Below are positions 44,161-55,383 of a stretch of DNA of 64,000 bases, piece by piece (within the stretch, counting starts at the first letter, position 1; each line of letters opens with the position of its first letter). The notes under the pieces were generated by a model that searched no databases, had not been told where the DNA came from, and saw only the letters and a program-made list of their open reading frames with translations. The stretch lies in assembly GCA_963823665.1 (NCBI GenBank), contig CAWGMQ010000011.1, positions 832,001 to 896,000 on the forward strand, in the 5' to 3' direction. Source of the DNA: an uncultured Planctomycetota bacterium (lineage in GTDB: Bacteria > Planctomycetota > Planctomycetia > Isosphaerales > Isosphaeraceae). The translations under genes and the position numbers were made by a program.

Positions 44161-45543
44161 GTTTTTCCGTGGGGCGGCCACGGGTCGCGGCGGGCGGGCG
44201 ATGCGCAATTGGGGCATATTCTTCTGAAGCGAGTTAATCGCCGCGTCGGTTGTCGCGCTCCCCTCGATGGTGAGGCGGTTGAGGCTCTTCATGCCGGCAA
44301 GATGTTTCAGGCCCGCGTCGGTCACCTGCGTCTTGCTGAGATCCAGCGTGGTCAGTAACGGTAGCTTGGTCAGGTATGCTAGCCCCGCGTCGGTCACGCC
44401 GCTCTCGCTTAAGTTCAAGGTCATGAGAGAAGAGAGTCCCGCGAGGTGCGCCAGCCCCGCTTCCTTCACCTGCGTGCCTGAAAGATCAAGTCTCGCCAGG
44501 GATTTCAAACCGGCCAGCTCGGCCAGTCCGGCATCCGTGATCCGTGTCTGGCCGAGGTCGAGCTGAGTCAAGCTCGTTAAGCCTCGTATGTGTTTCAGTC
44601 CGGCATCGGTAATCGGCGTCTTCCGGAGAAACAACGTATTCAGAGAGGAGAAACCGGCGATCGGGCCCAGTCCTGCATCCGTGACCGGCGTTCCCGCGAG
44701 ATAGAGGAACTTGAGGCCGGTCAAGTGCCGGATCGGTGCCAGGTCGTCGACACGCGTCCCTGGTATCCAGAGCTCATGCAATTTGGTCATGCCGCGCAGA
44801 TGTTCGAGGCCGGCCGACGTCACCCGAGCCCCGTTCATGCTCAGGTTCCTCATGTCAACCATGTCCCTGAAGTTGGCCACACCGGCGTCCGTAATCGCAT
44901 TTTGCGGCGAGCTTGACAGTTGCAGGTGCTGAAGCGCGGACAGGCCTTTGATGTGAACCAGGTCGGCGTCGGTTAGAACGGGTTTGCTCGTGAGGAGGAG
45001 TACTCGAAGATTGTTCAAGCCCTTGAAGTTCTCCAGACTGGCCCCAGTGAGCTTGCCTCCCCGGATCGGCGTGTCAAACGTCCGCAGCTCTGTCATCAAT
45101 CGGATTGATTTCATCCCGGCGTCGCTCACGGGGACATCCAACACGAAATGAACCGATCTGACGTCCTCGAGCTGGGCCACGCGCACCATCACCGCATCGG
45201 GGTCTTTGGCACCGACTGTGACCTGCCTTACCCGACCGAAGTAATCCGGCCCGAGGCGCTCAAAGAGCCACTTCGGCACGGGTGGTGCGTGCTTCGTCCT
45301 GGGGGGATAACTCGCTCGGTATTCGCCGTCAGGCCCAACGCGAGAGACCGGATCTTCCCAATCGTACCAGACTCTGCCGCCGCCCTGCACAATGGTTGCT
45401 ACGGCGTCGCGCTGAATGTGGGCACGCCGGACGACCCAGCCGAACCCACAGCCCAAGACGAGGACAATGACCATCAAGGTGCGCAGGCTCAGGCGCACCC
45501 GCGGTCGGCGCCACCAGCGGTTGGTCACGAGCGTCTCCGCCAT
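44155..45543 (-). CDS. Membrane-anchored leucine-rich repeat protein
   Basis: RLSLRTLMVIVLVLGCGFGW anchor and 24-aa LxxLxLxxTxVTDAGL repeats. Confidence 0.92.
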   Translation of the reverse strand: MAETLVTNRWWRRPRVRLSLRTLMVIVLVLGCGFGWVVRRAHIQRDAVATIVQGGGRVWYDWEDPVSRVGPDGEYRASYPPRTKHAPPVPKWLFERLGPDYFGRVRQVTVGAKDPDAVMVRVAQLEDVRSVHFVLDVPVSDAGMKSIRLMTELRTFDTPIRGGKLTGASLENFKGLNNLRVLLLTSKPVLTDADLVHIKGLSALQHLQLSSSPQNAITDAGVANFRDMVDMRNLSMNGARVTSAGLEHLRGMTKLHELWIPGTRVDDLAPIRHLTGLKFLYLAGTPVTDAGLGPIAGFSSLNTLFLRKTPITDAGLKHIRGLTSLTQLDLGQTRITDAGLAELAGLKSLARLDLSGTQVKEAGLAHLAGLSSLMTLNLSESGVTDAGLAYLTKLPLLTTLDLSKTQVTDAGLKHLAGMKSLNRLTIEGSATTDAAINSLQKNMPQLRIARPPRPVAAPRKNS

Positions 45544-45664
45544 CGCGGGAGTCTCCTGGCGCGCTAATCTCAAATCGCAAAACACAAACACTGGAAACAT
45601 TTAGTATATTCGACGGATCGGCGCTTTGTAGTGCGTGGTGCCGGCCTGAGGTTTCTCAACGGAA

Positions 45665-48600
45665 ATGCAGTCGATGCTGGTGAACACTCTCATCACGGAT
45701 TTGAGCAAAGTCTGCCGCGAGCATCTGCTCGACGAGAAATGGCTGCTCGCGCCATCGCTTCGCGCCGGCCACGAATGGCTTTCGGCCGTCGCACGGGCCG
45801 GCCAGCCCGTCGTCAACGCGCATGTTCAAACGATCATGAATCTCGCACTGAGTCTGGCGGCGCCGTACCTGGCTGACAAAAAGCAGACGCTGATCACGCG
45901 CCATCAAGGAACGCTGATCGTCGAACAAGTGATGCGGCGGCTGCAAAAGCCGGATGGATATCTCTGGAAGCTGCCGCCGAGCGAGCGCTTAGCTGCGGTG
46001 GTTTTCAACGCTTTAAGCGCGATCCGGCGTGCGGGGCTTAACTCCGCCGACTTGAACCCTGATTATTTTGAGGTTGCCGCCAAAGGTCTCGAGCTCACAG
46101 AAATCTCGAGTGCCTACATGGAAGCACTGCGCGACGGAGGGTGGATCGATCGAGCCGACGCGCTGGGTTTTGCGATTGAACGGCTGAGGACCGATGCCAA
46201 GGCGCTGGCTGAAACGGTACTGGTGCTTGTCCCCCAAGACGTCGATCTCACCGGCCTCGAACGTGAATTGCTTGATGCGATTCCAGCGCGCCAGGTGGTG
46301 CGTCTGTCAGTCGATCAGCCGGGCGCGGTATCGCAAGAGGAAGGCGAATCGCGCTCGGACCTTGGCATGCAGCGCTGGCTGCACGCGCCCGCTCTCGCGC
46401 CCGATCCCGTGAAGCATGAATCGGCGTTCATGTTCCGGGCCGTGGGCGAAGTGAACGAGGTTCGGGCTGTGCTCCGCCGTTGTCTGGCACAGCGCATTCC
46501 GCTCGATCAAGTTGAGCTGCTCTGCACCGACAAGGCCACATACCTTCCGCTCGTTTACGAAGTGTTTCCACGGTTGCAACAGGATGAGTCGAAAGTTGAC
46601 GATATTCCCGTAACATTTCAGGAGGGCCTTCCCGCGCGCCGATTCCGCCCCGGTCGCGCTCTTTTCGCTTGGCTCGCCTGGATGCGCGACGATTACCCCC
46701 AGCGCGCACTCGTCCAGATGATCCGCGAAGGCCTGTTAAAGCTACCGATCCGCGAAGGCGACATGCCGAGCTTTGCGCGTCTGGCCGGAACGCTCTCCAG
46801 CATGAAAATCGGATTCGGCCGCGAGCGCTATCTCGGGATCTTGGACGAGCACGCCGAAGCCGCGAGACTGAGATCGGCCGATCCCGAGAGCCTGCGCGAT
46901 GAAGACGGCGAGCTCGATAACAGGCGTCGAAATCTGGAAGCGCGATTGAACGAGCTCAAGATTCTTCGCGAGCTGATCGACAGGTTGCTGAAACTCTCGG
47001 CCCGCGCCGAGCGGTCCGGCGTCGTCATGCTGGAAAGCTCGCGTGAGTTTCTTGAGCAACACGCGCGTGAGGCCAGTCAGCTCGATAAGTACGCATCTCG
47101 TGGTCTTATCAAGCAGATCATGGCGCTCGAGCGAGCCCTTGATCCGGCGGCTGACGCGTCTCGCATTGATTTTCGCGCGTGGCTGACCTCGATCGCGGAT
47201 GATGTCTGGGTCGGGGGCGAGGGCCCTCGCCACGGTCGGTTGCATGTCGCAGACATACTTGCAGGGGGGCACAGCGGCCGTCCGCACACGTTCGTGATCG
47301 GCTTGGATGACGCGCGGTTTCCGGGCTCCGGGATGCAAGACCCAATATTACTGGATGACGAGCGCAAGAAGCTCTCGCCGGCGCTGCGCACGGCCGCGAG
47401 CCAACTGGCACGAAAGCTCGAACATGTCGCGCACCTGTTTGCCAGACTGCGCGGAAAGATCACGCTCTCGTATTCGTGTTACAGCCTCGCCGACGACCGC
47501 GAGACTTTTCCCAGCTCGACCGTGCTTTCTGCGTTCCGAACACTCTCTGGCCAGCGCGACGGCGACCACGCTGCTCTCAATCGCTGGCTTGGCCCTGCGA
47601 TCTCATTTGCACCTGAGGAAGCGGATCAAGCTCTGAACGAGGCCGAATGGTGGCTGTGGCGCGCTACCGGTGCGGAAGACTTGGCCGATCCCGAAGCCGT
47701 GGTCGGTTTGCGATATCCGCATCTCGCGCGAGGATATGCGCTCGCACGCGAGCGAAGCTCGGACCGCTTCACCGTCTTCGACGGCTTTATCGAAGCGCCG
47801 GGGCGTGAGCTCGATATGACAGCACCCGAAGGGCCGGCGGTCTCCGCGAGCAGGCTCGAAACACTCGGCGCCTGCCCGCTGCGGTATTTCTTCCGCTATG
47901 TCCTCGAGCTCGAGCCGCCCGACGAGCTCGTGATCGACCCGAACGCCTGGCTCGACCCGCTGGCGCGAGGCTCACTCTTGCACGAAGTCTTTGAGCGATT
48001 CCTGCGCAACCTGGTCAAGCGCGGATTCGTTCCCCAAGCAAGCCGCGATGAGGCAGAACTTCTCAACGTGCTGGAAGCTTTGATCGAACGCTACCGCGCC
48101 GAGATCCCGCCCCCGAGCGAAGCCGTCTTTCGCCGGGAGGTCGCTCAGCTTCGCCGCACCGCGCGGATCTTCCTGTATGAAGAAGAAGAATATTGTCGCG
48201 AAACGGGCAACCGGCCGCTGTTCATGGAGGTTTCGATCGGCATGAGATCAGCCGGCGTGGCCAGCAAGCTTGACGCGGGCGAGCCGGTCGAAATCAAGCT
48301 TCCCGATGGCCACACCCTCCGCGTACGCGGCCGCATCGACCGCATTGACCAGGTTGCTGGTAAAGACCCCAATGTCTTCGCAATCTGGGACTACAAAACC
48401 GGGGGCACGTGGAAATACACCCAGGAGCCGCGGCCGTTCTGGGCGGGGCGAGTGGTGCAGCACGCGCTCTACACCCTCGTGATGAGCGCCCGGCTCAAGG
48501 CCCTCTCGGGCGATTTTCCGGGCGGACGGGTCGACCGCTTCGGCTACTTCTTCCCCAGCGAGAAGGCCGGCGGCGAACGGATCGACTTCACGCCCGAGCA

Positions 48601-48817
48601 GCTTGAAGACGGCGGCCTTGTGCTCGCGAGGCTGGCGGCGATCGCATCCGGCGGCGCGTTCCTGGCGACCAATCAAGCGGACAATGACTGCGGTTTTTGT
48701 GATTATGCAGGCATTTGTGGTGATGTTGCCGGCGTGGCCCGTTCGAGCGATCGCAAGCTCAAGGCTGTCTCAAACGAAAAGCTGATACCCTACCTCGAGC
48801 TCCGCAGCAATGGCTAA
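45665..48817 (+). CDS. AddB/RexB-like protein with C-terminal PD-(D/E)XK nuclease
   Basis: SASRLE...CPLRYF, RGSLLHEV, RGRIDRID...DYKTG, CGFCDYAGIC (Fe-S staple Cys). Confidence 0.85.
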   Translation: MQSMLVNTLITDLSKVCREHLLDEKWLLAPSLRAGHEWLSAVARAGQPVVNAHVQTIMNLALSLAAPYLADKKQTLITRHQGTLIVEQVMRRLQKPDGYLWKLPPSERLAAVVFNALSAIRRAGLNSADLNPDYFEVAAKGLELTEISSAYMEALRDGGWIDRADALGFAIERLRTDAKALAETVLVLVPQDVDLTGLERELLDAIPARQVVRLSVDQPGAVSQEEGESRSDLGMQRWLHAPALAPDPVKHESAFMFRAVGEVNEVRAVLRRCLAQRIPLDQVELLCTDKATYLPLVYEVFPRLQQDESKVDDIPVTFQEGLPARRFRPGRALFAWLAWMRDDYPQRALVQMIREGLLKLPIREGDMPSFARLAGTLSSMKIGFGRERYLGILDEHAEAARLRSADPESLRDEDGELDNRRRNLEARLNELKILRELIDRLLKLSARAERSGVVMLESSREFLEQHAREASQLDKYASRGLIKQIMALERALDPAADASRIDFRAWLTSIADDVWVGGEGPRHGRLHVADILAGGHSGRPHTFVIGLDDARFPGSGMQDPILLDDERKKLSPALRTAASQLARKLEHVAHLFARLRGKITLSYSCYSLADDRETFPSSTVLSAFRTLSGQRDGDHAALNRWLGPAISFAPEEADQALNEAEWWLWRATGAEDLADPEAVVGLRYPHLARGYALARERSSDRFTVFDGFIEAPGRELDMTAPEGPAVSASRLETLGACPLRYFFRYVLELEPPDELVIDPNAWLDPLARGSLLHEVFERFLRNLVKRGFVPQASRDEAELLNVLEALIERYRAEIPPPSEAVFRREVAQLRRTARIFLYEEEEYCRETGNRPLFMEVSIGMRSAGVASKLDAGEPVEIKLPDGHTLRVRGRIDRIDQVAGKDPNVFAIWDYKTGGTWKYTQEPRPFWAGRVVQHALYTLVMSARLKALSGDFPGGRVDRFGYFFPSEKAGGERIDFTPEQLEDGGLVLARLAAIASGGAFLATNQADNDCGFCDYAGICGDVAGVARSSDRKLKAVSNEKLIPYLELRSNG

Positions 48818-51800
48818 ACGACCGTCAGCCCGTCAAGCCGAGCTACCCATCGGCGGCCCCGACTCGCCCCCGGACCAGGCTGAGCGCGATCTCATCGTCC
48901 AGGAGCTCGACCGCAATCTGCTGGTCGAGGCCGCCGCTGGCACCGGCAAGACGACTAGCCTGGTCGCCCGGATCGTCAACCTGATCAGGCGGGGTAAATG
49001 CCCGGTCGGCACCCTTGCCGCGGTGACCTTTACTCGCAAGGCCGCGGCCGAGCTGCGGGGGCGAGTGCAGGTTGAGCTCGAGAAAGCACTCCGCGGCGCG
49101 TCCGGAATCGAGAAAGACCGGCTGGATGATGCAGTCAAACATGCCGAGCGAGCATTTGTCGGCACGATCCACTCGTTTTGCGCGCGAATGCTGCGCGAGC
49201 GTCCGGTCGAGGCGGGGGTCGACTCTGACTTCGCGGAGCTTGACGAGGCGCAAGACGCTGAGCTTCGGCGGCTGGCCTGGTCAGAGCACATCGAGCGACT
49301 GATCACCGCCCGAGACCCGATTTTGAACGAACTCGAGGAGCTCGGCGTCGACATCGGTGAGCTGGGCTCGACGTTCGAGCGGTTCGCGGATTATCCGGAC
49401 GTGACGGAATGGCCTGCGCCCGAGGTAGCGATACCGGACCCGGCACCGCTCTTGGCCGCGCTGCGAAGTTACGTCGCGCACATCCGCTCGATCATGCCGT
49501 CGCTCCCGATTGAGGCTGGCAACGACCGGCTCATTCCCCAATACCGCCGTCTGGTTCGCGCGGTGCGTCAGACTGGTTTTGAAACGCCTGCCGATCTGGT
49601 GGCCGTGCTGGCGCCTTTCGTGAGCTCGTCGCGTGACGAGGCGTCAGAGCCGTCGGTCGTGCAAAAAATATGGCCGGGCGGAAAGGCGCAAGCCGAAACA
49701 GAGAAAGCACGATGGATCGCATTTGGCCAGCACCACGCCACACCCTATGTCCAGGCTTTGAGGCGAGCGCGATACCGCGTCGTTCTGCGCGCCGCTGGGC
49801 CGGCCGTTGTCGTGTACGATCGACTGCGGCGGGAGGGAGGTTGGCTCAATTTTCAGGATTTGCTGCTTGCGGCGGCGAGACTCCTGCGCGAAAGCGCCGC
49901 CATCCGGCAGTATTTTCGTAAGCGTTTCACGCATCTGTTGATCGACGAATTTCAGGACACGGATCCGATTCAGGCCGAAGTCATGCTGCTCTTGACGGCC
50001 GATGATCCAGGCGAAACGGACTGGCGCCGCTGCCGCCCTGTCCCGGGCTCGCTCTTTGTCGTCGGCGACCCCAAGCAGTCTATTTACCGATTTCGGCGTG
50101 CGGACATCGTCACTTACAACGAGGTGAAACGGATCATCGCCGCGAGCGGTGGAACAATCGTCTCGCTGACAGCGAATTTTCGCTCGGCTTCGTCGCTCGT
50201 TGAGTGGATCAATGAGAGCTTCAACAGGCGTTTCCCGCCAGCCGCCACACAGTTCGCACCGGTCTACTCTTCGCTCCACGTGGGCCGCCTCGACGAAAGG
50301 AACGGCGATCTTGCGGGGCTGTATATTCTCAAGGCCCCCGGCGGCAACAAGGAAGAGATCTTGGCGAATGAAGGCCAGATCGTGGCGCGGACGGTGCGCC
50401 ACGCACTCGATTCCGGCCGCAAAGTTCCGCGATCCGCGCGCAGCGCCACGAACCTGAAACTGCACAGCCGGGTGATTTCCTCATCGTTACTCGAAATACA
50501 TCAAGCTTGAGCCGCTACGCGGCCGCACTCGAGGCCCTGGGCATTCCTCATCAGGTAACCGGCGGCACGGCCTTGAATGAGCTTGCAGAACTGCCGCTCC
50601 TGTGCGCCTGTCTGAGAGCGCTCGTGCGCCCTGACGATCCCGTCGCACTGGTCGCCGTACTTCGAAGCGAGCTCTTCGGCGTGAGCGACAGCGCGCTCTA
50701 CGCGTTCAAGCGGGCTGGTGGTTCGTTCTCGTTCCGGCAGCCGATCCCGTCGAGTGGGATTTCTCCAGAGCATGCCGAGGCGATCGGCGAAGCGATGCAC
50801 CGACTCGACCGATACCTCGGCTGGCTCGATTTCTTGCCGGCCGTCACGGCCATCGAGCAAATCGCCGCCGATCTCGGACTGCCTGCGCGGGCGTGCGCAG
50901 TGCGCGGCGGGGATGTTCGCGCGGGGTGCCTTGCCAAGGTGATCGAGCTGTGTCGCAGCGTGCAGCATGAGCACGTTTCCCTCGTCGACATGGTGGATTA
51001 CCTCGAGCGGCTAATCACGGCCGATGAGAAGTACGACGGCATCTCGGTGCGGCAGCCCACGGCACCGGTAGTGCGGCTCATGAATCTGCACAAGGTCAAG
51101 GGCCTTGAGGCCCCCGTGGTGTTTCTTGCCGACCCAACGGGAAACTACGAACACCCGATCAGCTTGCACATCGATCGCTCCGGCGATCGCGTTCGCGGCT
51201 ACATGGCGGTCTATGGTCCACGACCGGAAACCGGTTTCTCGCAACCGCGTCTGATCGCCTGCCCCGTCGAATGGGCGCGATTCGAGGAAGCCGAGCGGGA
51301 CTTTCTAGAAGCCGAGAACGAGCGGTTGCTCTACGTAGCCGCCACTCGGTCCGGCACATGCCTGGTCGTCAGCGGCCGGGACAAACGGCCCGGTGACAAC
51401 CCCTGGCGCTCGCTCGTGGAAGACCTCGCGGCTGGGAAACAACACGAAGACCCCGGCCCGCAGCCCGCGCCGTCGCGCGACCAGATCAAGGTGGGCATTG
51501 CCGATGTGGAAGATGCGGTGAAACGGATAGACGAACGCTGGAGCGCGGTGCGGAAAGATACCTACCGGGTCGAAGCGGTCAAGGCCGCGGCCCTGGCTGC
51601 CACAAGCTCGCGTGCTGATTTACAACTCGGTGCGACAACGTCGGGCGCGAAGCCCGTCGACGTTGAGCCCGCCGAGCCCACCAGGCGGGCCGAGCTTGGC
51701 GTCGCCTGGGGCCAGGACATACACAAGCTGCTTGACGTGGCGATGCGCCGGCGCGACCGCGACCTTGAGAGCCTGGCGCGCTCGCTCGCCCAGGAGGGCG

Positions 51801-52195
51801 AGCTGGAGGAACACGATGAGGACTGGGTGCAACAACTCGTGAAGACCGCGCACAAGGTGCGGCAATCGGAAATCTGGAAGCGAGCTCTGGCAAGCGAGCG
51901 CATCTTTGCCGAGATTCCCTTCACGATGCTGGCCGAATCCGACGACGCTGCGGCGACTCGAGGCGTGCAAATCCTCAGGCGCGGAGCGATCGACCTGGCG
52001 TTCTTCGAAGGCGGCGGATGGGTGATCGTCGATTACAAGACCGATCGAGTGACCGAGAGCTCCGTCGGCGACAAGGTTGAATACTATCGTCCCCAGGTGC
52101 AAGGCTACGCCGAAGCATGGGCGAGCGTTGTCAACGAACCCGTGATTGAATCAGGTCTATATTTCACGTCGCTGGACCGCTACAGAAGGTTATGA
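48810..52195 (+). CDS. AddA/RexA-like UvrD helicase-nuclease; frameshift near 50440
   Basis: AAAGTGKT, TFTRKAA, DEFQD, VGDPKQSIYRFR, NFRS, HKVKGLE, LYVAATR, C-terminal GAID...DYKT. Overlaps the AddB-like stop. Confidence 0.9.
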
Positions 52196-52315
52196 CGGCT
52201 CGAGTCGCTCACTCATGACCGAATAGCTGCGAGGCAGCCGTTTGCGTGCTGGTGCACTTCTTCTGCACCAGTTTTCATATGCAAGTCTTGCCTCCGATCT
52301 TCTGATGCCGCTAGA

Positions 52316-52792
52316 GTGAGGCGCGTGAAGACAAACCTGCTCACCGCGCCACCGGCGCCCGACGTCTCCAACTGTTTCCGGCTCTTCTTGCAAGCCGAGC
52401 TGGGCCGGCGTTGCGCCAGGAATTCGCAGTATTCGCTGCGCTCTTTCGCCAAGTTCCTGGCCAAGTTCAGCCGATCCGCTGTGCATCATCTATCTCAGCA
52501 GGTTCGCCAGCTCATGCTCGGGGCGATGCGAAATGTGCCTGCGGGCCGTTTTGAATACAGCTCGACAACCCTCGCGGTCTCCACAAGCCGGCTGCCCGCC
52601 GTGCTCGAACAAATCACTCGGTTCCGTCGCGACTTGGTCGCCCTGCTGGGACACGATAATCCCCCCGACGACGTCTACCAGCTCGAAGTCAATTTCTTTC
52701 CGATCACGCGCCTTCAACATGAACGGGAGATTCCCGATGGGACAACCGGTGATGCGGTGGCAGATCTTGGCGAAGAATCCTGCCAAGGTTGA
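52316..52792 (+). pseudogene. DUF4423/TIGR02147-like protein with apparent internal deletion
   Basis: FRLFLQAEL.RRCARN.QYSLRSFA N-terminus joined directly to SSTTLAV...FRR.L...VYQLEVNFFPIT. The expected HTH and middle region is missing. Confidence 0.55.
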
Positions 52793-53096
52793 GGAGTTCT
52801 ACACAAAGTTATTTTCGTGGGAGATCGATGCCAACAACGCGCTCGGTTACCGGATGGTCGACAGCGGCTCGGAGCGCGGCATCAACGGCGGCATCTGGCC
52901 GGCGCCGCCGCAGGGGCACAGCATGGTTAACCTGTATGTCGAAGTCGACGACGTCGAAGCCTATGTTGCCAAGGCGACGAAATTGGGCGCCACCGTCATC
53001 ATTCCTCGCCAGCAGCTCCCCGACGGCGACGAGATGGCTGTGATCCTCGATGTGGAAGGCATTCCCTTGGGGCTATTCAAGCCAGCGGCGGAGTGA
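52737..53096 (+). CDS. VOC/glyoxalase family protein
   Basis: MGQPV..WQI, FYTKLFSW, GINGGI, YVEVDDV, ILDVEG..LGL. Confidence 0.9.
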   Translation: MGQPVMRWQILAKNPAKVEEFYTKLFSWEIDANNALGYRMVDSGSERGINGGIWPAPPQGHSMVNLYVEVDDVEAYVAKATKLGATVIIPRQQLPDGDEMAVILDVEGIPLGLFKPAAE

Positions 53097-53130
53097 AAGA
53101 TGCGGGAGTCGCCCGGGTGCTTTCTCCAAG

Positions 53131-53313
53131 TTTTTTCGATCGTCACGCCATAACTTTAGTCACCACAGGAATTTACATCCGAAATCGACGGTGTTCCGAA
53201 TATTCCATCGTCACGCCCTAAATACCAGCCGGACAGCTCTTTACGACGATAAACCTCGGGGTTCCGATTATTCCATCGTCACACTTAACTCCAATGGTGG
53301 TAAGGATGTGACG
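53131..53313. repeat. Three tandem units of exact 68-bp period
   Basis: cgtcac at 53141, 53209 and 53277. gttccga(a/t)tattccatcgtcac at 53193 and 53261. Units 1 and 2 carry TAA-N19-TTA. Confidence 0.8.
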
Positions 53314-53391
53314 CAAATCGGTGGTTTTGGATGCTAAGAAGTCCCGGCTCCGTTGTCGGCGGGTTGCACGCCGTCTTATTGGAAGCAGCGC

Positions 53392-54900
53392 TCACGGCCG
53401 CAGCTCCCAGGCGTCGAGGAAGCGCAGCCGCGCGGGACTGCCGATCGCGAACAGGCTGACGCCGCGACTCGTGCCCGCGGGAAAGATCTGGTCGGTCAGG
53501 ACTACCTGGCCGTCGTCTGCGAAAACCTCGACGGAAGTTGCATCGACGAGTACGTGCAGACGAATCGGTCCGTCGGTCGATGTCAGCCGGCACGAGTGAC
53601 GCCCCGGGAAATCGCGGCTGAAGTTCGTGGCGCCCGAACTGCTCCGGTCGATGAAAACCGTGCCGGCGCGGACATCGACGCCGACAAGTGTTTCCTCATT
53701 TTCACCGCGGCGCACTTTCAGTCCGAAGGCGTCGGCCTCGCGGGCTGTGAATTCCGCGACGATTTCAAGCGAAGCTCCTTCGATCCCATCGACTTCGAGC
53801 TTTGTCTCGCCCTCGGCAATCGCACGGTTCTCGATCCGGTGGTTCTGGCCGCGAAGAAGCGCGAGGCTCTCGACCGGCTTCTGCACGAGGTGGAAGCCGT
53901 CGTGGGTCTCGCGCAGCGCCACAGATCGCGGGACGGTCATTGCTCCGCGCCAGGGGGAAGTGGGAATGTCATTGGCGTATTGCCAGTTGTTCATCCAGGC
54001 AATCCAGACCGGGCGGCCACCGGTGGGCGCGTCGTTCCAGCATTGCGAAGCGTAGAAATCCTTGCCGAAGTCGATCCAGAGCGGCGTGTCATTCCTCTCG
54101 CCCTCGGGCTGGAATTTCTTGCCGTCGAACCGGCCGACAAAGTACTGGCCTCCGGAGCCGCCGAAGGGGGCGCCCGCGTTAACGTCCACTTTGAGCACCC
54201 AGCGCGTTTCACCCTGGAGGCCGCCCTCGACTGGCGCCTCAAACAGTTCGGGGCATTCCCACACGCCGTGTCTCGATCCTGCGGGTCCGAAGTCGCTCAG
54301 TTTCTCCCAGGTCTTGAGATCGCCCGAGCCCCAGAGCCGTGCCTTGCGGTCGTCGGCGAGCACGGTCGCCATGATCCAGCGGCTCGACGGTTTGTGCCAG
54401 AAAACCTTGGGGTCACGGAACGAATTCGAGTGCAGGTCGAGGACGGGGTTTCCCTTGAACTTGGTCCAGGTGCGCCCGCGATCGGTGCTCGATGCCAGGT
54501 TCTGGGTCTGCTTCTTCTGACCGTCGCCGGTATAGACGGCGATCAAGGGCGGAGCGTCTTTGGTCCCGAGCCCAGACGTGTTTCGCGCATCGAAGACGGC
54601 GCTGCCCGAGAAGATCATGATTCCATTTTCCTCGCGGAGTGCGATCGGCAGGTGCTGCCAGTGCACAAGGTCGCGGCTGGTGGCATGCCCCCAGCTCATG
54701 TGCCCCCAGCGGTCGCCCTCGGGATTGTGCTGGTAGAAGAGGTGATACTCGCCGTCGAGAAAAACGAGCCCGTTGGGGTCGTTGATGAAGTTCTTGGGCG
54801 GTGTGAAGTGGTAAACCGGGCGCGCGCCGGGCGGCTCGTCAGCTCTCGTGACGACGAAGCTCATCGGAATGAGCACGACCGCAAGAATCGCTCGGCGCAT
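53392..54900 (-). CDS. GH32 beta-fructosidase/levanase, secreted
   Basis: NDPNG, WGHATS.DL, FSGS, FRDP, WECP, DFYA, SVEVF, signal peptide. Confidence 0.95.
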   Translation of the reverse strand: MRRAILAVVLIPMSFVVTRADEPPGARPVYHFTPPKNFINDPNGLVFLDGEYHLFYQHNPEGDRWGHMSWGHATSRDLVHWQHLPIALREENGIMIFSGSAVFDARNTSGLGTKDAPPLIAVYTGDGQKKQTQNLASSTDRGRTWTKFKGNPVLDLHSNSFRDPKVFWHKPSSRWIMATVLADDRKARLWGSGDLKTWEKLSDFGPAGSRHGVWECPELFEAPVEGGLQGETRWVLKVDVNAGAPFGGSGGQYFVGRFDGKKFQPEGERNDTPLWIDFGKDFYASQCWNDAPTGGRPVWIAWMNNWQYANDIPTSPWRGAMTVPRSVALRETHDGFHLVQKPVESLALLRGQNHRIENRAIAEGETKLEVDGIEGASLEIVAEFTAREADAFGLKVRRGENEETLVGVDVRAGTVFIDRSSSGATNFSRDFPGRHSCRLTSTDGPIRLHVLVDATSVEVFADDGQVVLTDQIFPAGTSRGVSLFAIGSPARLRFLDAWELRP

Positions 54901-55026
54901 CGGAGGTGATCGCTTGTCGGTGGGAAGGTTGTCGATCGCGTAACGACGCCCGTTCCGCTCGAGAGTACCGGCGCGAGCCTTCGCCTGACCAGTCGGTGCC
55001 CTCGGATTCTTGCGCGCTCCCTGCGA

Positions 55027-55287
55027 TCAGTCAAAGCGCTCACCGCCGAGATACGCCGCTTCGACCTGCGCCCAAGCCTTCACGGACCCTCGCCGGGGCG
55101 CCTTGAAGTACCGGCCCATGCGGGCCATCGGCTGCTTGCAATCCGGACAAAGGAAGGGACGCTGCGGCACGTTGCTATCCCAGTTCGACGAGCCAGGCTG
55201 CTTGAATGTCTTGCGGCAGGCAAAGCACGCGAAATGGACCTTGTTGGTCGCCGATGGCACGCCTGTTCCACACCGCATCCCCGCCAC
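55027..55287 (-). CDS. Small zinc-ribbon-like hypothetical protein
   Basis: ACFACRKTFK...CPDC..PM..MG..FKAP, with a ggaggt RBS just after an attC-like site. Confidence 0.7.
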   Translation of the reverse strand: MAGMRCGTGVPSATNKVHFACFACRKTFKQPGSSNWDSNVPQRPFLCPDCKQPMARMGRYFKAPRRGSVKAWAQVEAAYLGGERFD

Positions 55288-55302
55288 GGTACACCTCCCG
55301 CC

Positions 55303-55372
55303 GCCGAGTGAGCAGGCTCCTGACGGTCACCTTCAGAGACGGGGCCAGGTCCGCTGGATTGCCTCATTCGGC
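55303..55372 (-). mobile_element. Degenerate attC-like site
   Basis: Minus strand GCCGAAT-gaggcaatc-CAGCGGACC ... ACTCGGC. The ends are complementary and it lies 11 bp after the DUF4058 stop. Confidence 0.5.
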
Positions 55373-55383
55373 ATCCGCCACTG

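Noticed and set aside
45665..52195. Novel nuclease-helicase defence system
   Set aside because: Gene order, overlap, Fe-S cysteines and twin C-terminal nucleases fit an ordinary AddAB-type repair complex.
53131..53313. CRISPR array
   Set aside because: Only two good repeat copies, the spacers share a dyad structure, and no cas genes are present. Reported instead as an unexplained repeat.
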